A stretch of DNA of 64,000 bases from Chrysomallon squamiferum (taxonomy: Eukaryota; Animalia; Mollusca). The stretch is taken from NCBI GenBank assembly GCA_012295275.1, contig CM022679.1, positions 21,266,001 through 21,330,000 of the forward strand. The letters are read 5' to 3'. Position 1 is the first letter of the stretch; each line of letters opens with the position of its first letter. Position numbers and translations under genes: made by a program. The notes below the pieces were generated by a model. That model searched no databases. It had not been told where the DNA came from and was given only the letters and a program-made list of their open reading frames with translations. Below are positions 50,545 to 64,000 of the stretch, piece by piece.

Positions 50545-51063
50545 TTGTTCTTGTGTTCCCGCTAGAACAGACAGAAAGTGATTGTTCTTGTGTTCCCGCT
50601 AGAACAGACAGAAAGTGAATGTTTTCGGGTTCCCTCAAGAACATACAGAAAGTGAATGCGCTCATGATCCCGCTAGAACAGACAGAATATCAATAGATTC
50701 TTGTTTCCTCTAGAACATACAGAAATTGAATGTTTAGGGGTTCCCTCAACAATATACAACTCATATTTATTTTTAAAAATGGCATCATTACTTTACAAGT
50801 CCTACGTACTAATTCTTCTGTATTTATTATTACTGTTGTGGTGGTTGTTTTTCTCTTGTTTACTAGTATTAACAGTATTATTGTTGTTTTTCTTTTAACT
50901 GTTATTATAGTCACGTTCAAGAGAGATGTATCTAGCTAAATGATACAGATTATTCAGTCAGTAAGGCTATACGCCCTTGTGTCTCAGTTCACAAGCTTGA
51001 GAAAGAATAATTATAACATATATCTGTATGTCAACAATTAAACGTTTGTCTTTTCAGTCAGCA

Positions 51064-51953
51064 ATGGCTTCTTCAGACAGCCCAGCCAGCATGAAGAGGC
51101 ACTGTACAATCATCCACACTGATGACGCTGTTCAGTGGTGCGAATACACCAAGAAACTGTTCGCCAAAGACAAACGACAACATTTAACCATAGGCAGTAT
51201 CAACATAGATGAACTGGACTACGAAAACTCACCACAAATAGAGGCTGCAATCAAAAACTCTTATCTCGTGGTAATCCTCACATCTCCGGACATGAAGACT
51301 TTCATTTTAGAAAATGCTTCCTGGTTTGTGCCACTGATGAGCAGGGTTCCTGTTGGCACGTCCCTGGTCTTTCTCTTGTGTTATGTCAACATCGAAGACT
51401 TTCAGCAAACAATCAGAGGACCGTTCGCTCCTCTGGCCGATATCAAGTATGATACGATGACATCTGATCCCAAAGTTAACAGAAACATTGTGGCGGATTA
51501 TATTGAAATAACTGACCAGAATGAACACCTCAGCAAACGACCAAAACCAAAGCAAAGAAAGAAGCCAATTCCAGCTCCTGAGACTTCCATTATTAAAGCC
51601 GTTTCTCCTAGCAAAGTTCACGGGGTAAGTATCTTTATTAAATCAAAATGAATCAATTTGCAATAACACTACTAATAGTAGTTTTATTAGTGATAGAAGT
51701 GGCTGTAATAGAAGCGGTTAATAGTTAAATTACTTGATAGTATTGTAGCGATTGAAATAGTAATAACAATAAAAGTAATAATAACATTTATAAATTCTAA
51801 TCTAAATCTCTGAATGTTGTCTAAATAATTCAAATATTTGTCTTTTCTTTTTTGCAGGATAACAGAATTTCTCGTAAAATTATGTTCCTGCAATCCACGG
51901 AAAACATCGAGAACGAATGTCCTCCGCTTCCTCCAAGAACATGCAGAAAGTGA
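51064..51953 (+). CDS. Truncated BCAP-like copy 2: TIR exon joined directly to terminal exon (TIR-only, 218 aa) or a pseudogene
   Basis: Exon 51064-51624 (561 nt, open, acceptor TTTTCAG upstream, donor GTAAGT, phase 0) and exon 51858-51953 (acceptor TTTTTGCAG, phase 0, DNRISRKIMFLQSTENIENECPPLPPRTCRK*). The 233-nt intron is a fusion of the start of copy-1 intron 1 and the end of intron 12; exons 2-12 are absent. Expression cannot be seen from sequence. Confidence 0.65.
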
Positions 51954-53226
51954 ATGTTTTCGTTTTCCCTCTAGAACAGACAGAAAGTGAATGTTTTTGT
52001 GTTCCCTCTAGAACATACAGAAAGTGAATGTTTTCGTGTTCCCTCTAGAACAGACAGAAAGTGAATGTTCTCTTGTTCCCGCTAGAACAAACAGAAAATC
52101 AATGGATTCTTGTTTCCTCTAGAACATATAGAAAGTAAATGTTTTCGGGTTCCCTCAAGAACATACAGAAAGTGAATGTGCTCATGATCCCTCTAGAACA
52201 GACAGAATATCAATAGATTCTTGTTTCCTCTAGAACATACAGAAACTGAATGTTTAGGGGTTCCCTCAACAATATACAGAAATTAAATGTTTAGGGGTTC
52301 CCTCAACAATATACAGAAAGTGAATGTTTTCGGGTTCCCGCTAGAACAGACACAAAATCAATGGATTCTTGTTTCCTCTAGAACATACCAAAAAAACGAG
52401 TGTTCTGCTGATTTGAGAATAACATAGTCTTTGAACTGACGAAGAAACCTGCAAGTTATCAGTGACAAAAAGCAATACTTTCTTTATTATGAAGTATTAA
52501 TCTACGTTGTATTATATACAGACAGTGTTGCCGTTTCTTCTGCTGGTTATGAGCGATATCGTAATATATGCAGACAGTGATGTGATTTATTACTGTCCAT
52601 GATTTAGTGATATACAGCCTTTGCTGTTTACGAAGCACAAAAACTGCAACTGATTCACCAATTTCATAACTGTGATGTCGGCAACGTGAATGCTTGTTTC
52701 GTAAACTATTATAATTAATAACTTACATTATAAATGTATGCGTATAAAGTGTACAGGTAATGTCTGTGTGTGTGCGTTTGCATGTTTACATCTGTGAACA
52801 CAAATATAGTCAACGTCTTGCCAGTCATGTTCTATGTGTTAAAGTGAATGTTTATATTTTTTTTTTTTAAGTCTTCTGAGACTGAACTTTTGCTTGGACA
52901 TTTTTACCCACCATAATAGTCCCACCGTAGTAAAAAAAACAAAAAATAATATAGTCTGTGATCACGTGAAAAGCTCATTGTTATGATGAAAAGGAAAATG
53001 GAGCGTACATAAACATTGTGCACGATTTCTTTTCACGGTGTAAGACTTTTAATATTAACTTTTGTTCAGTCATTGTTTGAGCAAACAAGTCAAAAGCAGT
53101 ATTACTGAATGTTTATTAAACGTTTCTCAACAGACACTCTTTTGTTGTGCTTATTTTAAATTCAGTTATGCAGAAAGAGTGTGAATATATATATACGTGT
53201 GTGTGTGTGTGTGTTGTGTGTGTGTG

Positions 53227-53259
<33 letters not shown>

Positions 53260-53335
53260 AGGATGTGTGCAAAATAATAAATAAGTAATAGCAACATGAT
53301 AGATATACTTCATGATCTGTGAACATGAACATGAA

Positions 53336-53368
<33 letters not shown>

Positions 53369-53820
53369 TTATAAATAAATATAGATAAGATAGATTTAGA
53401 TATAGATAATTAATGTTCGGATTAGGAACTAATGTAAATAACTATCAGATGATAAAACTTGTAATTCATGTTAACGAGCTGTAACTGACAAATATCCTAT
53501 CATTATCACCACTTTAATATGCATCAAAGCTTCAAAAAAATAATAATAAATAATAATAATAATAAAGTAAAGTAAACTAAATAAACAAAATAAATAAAAA
53601 TAAAACAACCACAACACTGGATGTACATATACATAGAAATCAAAATGGCGGAGAGAGTTTTTCCCGCTCTTTGATTAAGCTATTAGAGTGATTGCTCTGC
53701 CAGAATGTTTGTACATACAAACACAAATACTCGTTTCTTCTTGCTTCATCCAAATTTCACTCACACTTTTGCTTCCTCTGACCACTGAATCGCATCTCAA
53801 AAAAGGACTTAGTAGCCACA

Positions 53821-53900
<80 letters not shown>

Positions 53901-54134
53901 TAAATGTGTGGTATGTATGTGTGTGTGCTTCCGTAGCTAATATATTTTAGTTTGTCGTTAAATAATATCACATTGTATTATACATTGTGTATAGTTAGTA
54001 ACTTTTTAAGATAATCTGACAATAAAATTAAAACATATTATACATTTTTCACAACAGTCCATTTATTTTAAACATAGTTTGATACTAAAATTAATAAACG
54101 ATTAAATATACAAAAGATTGTGACTAGGGAACTC

Positions 54135-56899
54135 TAGTCCGGTTGCCAAACCCCTGATTTTTGGAGAACCTTGCAATACAGTCTGCACAAAGTTTTTTGG
54201 CTGTTTCTATACCTCCGAGATGTGCTCTTTAAGAATCCGAATGATGCCACTCTGTCATCCTTGGGCAATCTGACTGGCCACTCCACTTCTGGGCAGCAGA
54301 GCAAATGATGCCATACTTGTTTGCCTCTGCTCACTTCAACTACGCGAGATACGGGTATTCTACCTGAGTACAATGAAGCGTCTCCCACCTGAAGTGCTTC
54401 AGAGCTTCATGAGAGGTGAACACACCATGCGTCACAAGCCGGGACTCTGGAATCTGATCCGACATGTTGATAGCGACAACCTATATGCGTTACGGGCATG
54501 GTCCAAATGGAATCATAGGCATAACCCTGAAGCCCGAAACCCTAAAACGATGGGCATACAGTATGCACACCTGCAGCATGATCGTTCAAGACATCGCGGA
54601 CATGTCCGATGACAGTGGGGAGAGGGAGGTGACGAGTCATAAAGAAGAGAAGCCGTCACGCATCACTTCGGATGCCAAGGACAGGGACAAGATACGAGAT
54701 AAACTTCTGGCTTGCATCGATCCCCTGGATCCAACTGGTCATCCCGCTGGTTTGATCAATGTCGTTACTGGTCGGATTGCACCTGAAACGGTGAACGCAC
54801 ATGACGCAGTGGATATTGAGAATGGTCAACTTGTGTCATTTGAAAAGAACTGGTCTGGCGGAATTAATGCATCCTTATCCAAGTTGGTGGTGACCATGGC
54901 AGTGAAGAGAAAGGCAGTAAGGGTTGGCAACAATAATGTGTATGACACGAATCTCATCTACTCGCGGGTACTAGGGTTGCAACAGTCTCGAGACATTGAT
55001 ATCATGTTTGATGATGAAGGCAAAATGAGAATCGCAACTACGAAATCAACGCTGAAGAAGAATCTGCAGGTGACTGTGTCCCAGCGTTTGGTTGAGAAAT
55101 CAGAGGTAGAAATACTGGATGGCTGTGCTATCCTTTGGGTTATAAACTGGCCTAATCAAGGAACTGTGGCAGATTTTGTCAACGGCTTCACGAGGAATGT
55201 GATGAAAAGGTGGCAAGCCATAACACAAACCTGATCTTTGATCGCTACTTCGACTTCAGCATTAAAAGTGGAACGCGGGCAGCTCGAACTGGTGACGAAG
55301 CGAGCCGACGACATAAACTGCAGTTACATACTCCATTGCCACCCCAGAAGGTTGTCCTTACAGTAACTGAGAATAAGGTACAGGTCATAGATCTGATATG
55401 TCAGAATTTGATCCAGAAAGCACAGGACAAGCCGAATGAACACAGTCTGGTCATTACCTCTACTGACTCTGTACCAGTTGTAATTCAGGATGGCATTGTC
55501 TTCCGTAGGGAAGATCTCATAACTTGCCATAAAGAAGCGGATGTAATAATCATACAGCAGATGGTTAAGGCAGCTGAAAGTAGCGTGAAAAGAATCAACA
55601 TCGTATGTGAGGACACAGACGTTTTTGTCCTCTTGCTGCACTTCTACGCAAAGTTGAGCCTGACCTGTCGCCTTACAATGGAAGGACCAAGTGTTGAACG
55701 AACTACTATAGACATTGGGGCAACTGCAAGTGAACATGGACACTTGCTTTCACAAATGCCAGCCGCCCATGCCGTCTCTGGCTGTGACACTGTGGCTCAG
55801 TGCTTCGGAGTAGGGAAAAAGCACCGTCATCAAAGTTCTTAAGAGTGGTGTAGAACTGCTCAAATTGGGCGTATTATCTGATGACATAGATGACATCATC
55901 GAATAAGCGACAACATTCATGGCTGCCTGCTACGGGGTCAAAAGCTTGGTGACATCGAACATGTCTGAGGTCCATGGAGAAGTCTGGTCGCGAAGGATGG
56001 GTAGAAAAAATTTGACAAAGGCTCCAGAGCTTAAGTCACTTCCACCTTCTAAAGAGGCATTCGAAGAGAACGTAAAGCGGGCGCACATTCAGACTGCCAT
56101 TTGGAAATCAGCTCTCAACTCAGAACCTCCAGCATTAGATCCTGTCGAGTTCGCATGGGAACGTGACGAACGCACTAGATGCTTGATCCCAGTAACACTG
56201 CAACCAAACATTAGTGTTGCTCCACCGAAGGTGCTGGAAATGATAAGGTGTGGTTGTGCTACGGATACACCCTGTTCGACAGCAATGTGTGGATGCTATA
56301 CAGCTCACTTGCCATGCACAATTTTCGTTCAACATGACTTGTTTGAGGACTGAGTCAAATCAGTAATGGCAACATGCATCAGCATAAGTAAAGGGGATGT
56401 CCTGTAACGACTCGGATATACACTGAAGTTGATTTTTGCATATTTTGCAGAAAATATTAGTGTGATCAATACTGTAATGGTTTAATCTGATACATTACCC
56501 CTAAAACCATGTGTATAGACATCAAAATTATTTTGATACCATGTGTAGTTACTGAGATATTGACGAAAACGAGATTTTCAGTAATGGCGGCCTTAATATG
56601 CCTATTCAGCACAAAATATTGGTGTGATCTTGACTGAAATGGCTTAATCTGATTCATTACCCGTCAAAACATGGGGATAGACACCAAAATTATTTTGATA
56701 CCATGCATAGTTACTGAGATATTGACGAAAACAAGATTTTCAGTAATGGCGGCCTTAATTTGCATATTGTGCAGATTGCCCAAGGATGACATAGTGGCAT
56801 CATTCAGATTCTTAAAGAGCACATCTCGGAGGTATAGAAACAGCAAAACAAATTGGTACGGACCGCAATACACGCTTATCGGTCCCTGCCACCGGACTA
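54135..56899 (+). mobile_element. Academ-superfamily (AcademX-like) DNA transposon, internally deleted and decayed
   Basis: Ends TAGTCCGGTTGC (54135) and GCCACCGGACTA (56899); inner inverted repeat ~73 bp (54200-54272 vs 56772-56844); 3-bp TSD CTC (54132-54134, 56900-56902); empty site GACTAGGCA(A/G)CTCGCAGTGTACTTTG at ~37745 and ~48762; internal sequence is GC-richer and encodes an XPG/FEN-like nuclease plus Cys cluster, the architecture described for AcademX. Confidence 0.85.
54272..56353 (+). pseudogene. Frameshifted transposase C-terminus + XPG/FEN-like nuclease + Cys-rich finger of the Academ-like element
   Basis: Consecutive frames give DWPLHFWAAEQMMPYLFASAHFNYARYG / MKRLPPEV..RGEHTMRHKPGLWN / TTYMRYGHGPNGIIGITL..ILDGCAIL / LIFDRYFDFSIKSGTRAAR..HKEADVIII..EDTDVFVLL..HAVSGCDTVAQCFGVGKK / LPPSKEAFEENVKRAHIQTAIWK..IRCGCATDTPCSTAMCGCYTAHLPC; several frameshifts, an in-frame TAA near 55903, and no N-terminal half. 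Confidence 0.85.
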
Positions 56900-58419
56900 C
56901 TCGCAGTGTACTTTGAAAAAGGAAGTGATTCAAGGAGGGGATTCCCGCAGCTTTCACGTATATTATCTTATCTATAACCTTTGACTGTCATTTCTTTTTA
57001 TGAACATTGCATTGGAAATATTAAAGATAGCTGAAATGCACGATCGAAACGTGTCCATAACGTTCCAGAGATTTCATTTAGAAAACGAGCAGATTTTGAA
57101 AACTCGAAGAAACCAGATTTGTTTTAAATATTTTAATTAGTTTTTCTTAGATGAGAGATATTTAATCTGTTAATATCATTTTATTTTAGTTGTTAGACAA
57201 AAACACTATGGTCGTGATGTCGTTTGTTTGTTCCTTCATTCATTTTTGCGTTTGTTTGTTCATTTGTTCTTTCATTTATTTATTTTTTGTTTATTAATTT
57301 ATTCATATACACAGAAAGGTTAGACAAAATACGATTACATAACATAGTTATTTATTCATTCATCAATCCGTATATTGATTGAGTCATTGACGTACTGGTT
57401 TATTCAGAACTTTAACATAGCTAGGTAATATTTACCTAGTCGTTAAAATTTTAAACTTCTCTTATAAATGCATATAATATAACGTTCCCAATTATTTATA
57501 TAAATTTGCGTTAAATTATCATCTGTCTTAATTTAAGGCGAATTTAGTAAAACAAAGAAGAAAAAAAATGAATCATCTTCCATAATACAGACGAAAAGAG
57601 AGGCCTATGATGCGGTTATTTGTTTATTTTTCATAAGAATAAAATGAAAAGAAATAAAAGAAATGAAACATAATAAAGTAAAAAGAAAGAAAAAAATGAA
57701 CAAAAGCAAGAAAGAAAGAAACGAAGAAAAGAATAATAAACAAACAGATAAATAAATTTATAAATTACACGAAATAATAAATAAAATGAAATAAATTAAA
57801 CAAAATAAAAAGTAAAATAAACAAAAAGTAAATTAAAATTAACTAAAAATATAAAATAAAATAAAATATAAAATAAAATAACAAATTCGGTGGACTATTT
57901 AAAACCCACTCAAAACAACCTGAAACATGTTATCTGCCTGACCTGCCTTTCATATCAAACCGAGTACTTTCAAAAAGGAAGTAATTCGAAGGGTCACCCC
58001 CTCAGCATTCAGGTATATTAACAAATCCATAGACCGAAAACGTCATTCGCTGTTGAGATTTAAAACTGTAAACTTCATACGGACTTGAAATGCAGAACGC
58101 AACATATCACTAACCTCCCAGAGGTTGGACTCTGAAAACAAACAGACTCCAGAAACTCGAGGAAATCAGGTTTGATTTTAAATATTTGGACTTATTTTGT
58201 TTATTAATAATTTTGTACATTAAATAATTGTAATTTTACTTCACACTAACTCAAATATACTGCTGGCGGATAACAGCTCAGACTGACCGGTATAGGTTAA
58301 TGTCAACCCACGAGATTATTCAGCGACTAAGGCTATACACTCTTGTGTCTCAGCTCGAGAAAGAATAATTATAACAGATATCTGTCTTAACAATTGAATG
58401 TTTGTCTTTTCAGTCAGCA

Positions 58420-63807
<5,388 letters not shown>

Positions 63808-63882
63808 GTGAGTTACTTTTTCTTTAACGCTGATATTGTTTATTTATTCATTTATTATTTTTATTGTTATTATTATTCTTAC

Positions 63883-63949
<67 letters not shown>

Positions 63950-64000
63950 TAATATATATATATATATATATTTATTTTGATTATTATTTTTTTCTAAATG

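Noticed and set aside
54373-56353. Host FEN1/XPG repair gene or horizontally acquired bacterial gene
   Set aside because: Intronless, frameshifted, enclosed by inverted repeats and a TSD, and absent at the paralogous empty sites, so it is transposon-encoded.

Overview
AT-rich, microsatellite-dense, intron-containing animal genomic DNA (invertebrate, mollusc/cephalopod-like by repeat style; taxon is an inference). Most ORFs in the supplied track are simple-repeat artefacts. Real content: (1) a tandem array of BCAP/PIK3AP1-BANK1-Dof family adaptor genes on the + strand: a complete 13-coding-exon copy (39470-46475, 688 aa), a deletion-derived TIR-only copy whose first exon can splice in frame to the terminal exon (51064-51953, 218 aa), an orphan extra terminal exon (50449-50544), and a third copy running off the window end (58420->63807) whose phosphotyrosine/proline docking exon has diverged sharply; (2) a 2765-bp internally deleted Academ(X)-type DNA transposon (54135-56899) with TAGT..ACTA ends, a CTC target-site duplication and empty sites preserved in the paralogous copies; (3) an uncharacterised spliced gene (27122-30938, candidate first exon 20370-20469) built from two homologous coiled-coil/'Y..SK....RY..hK.MhK' modules; (4) many minisatellites, a tRNA-derived SINE head and candidate regulatory motif clusters. 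All calls are by manual reading and translation; no searches were run.
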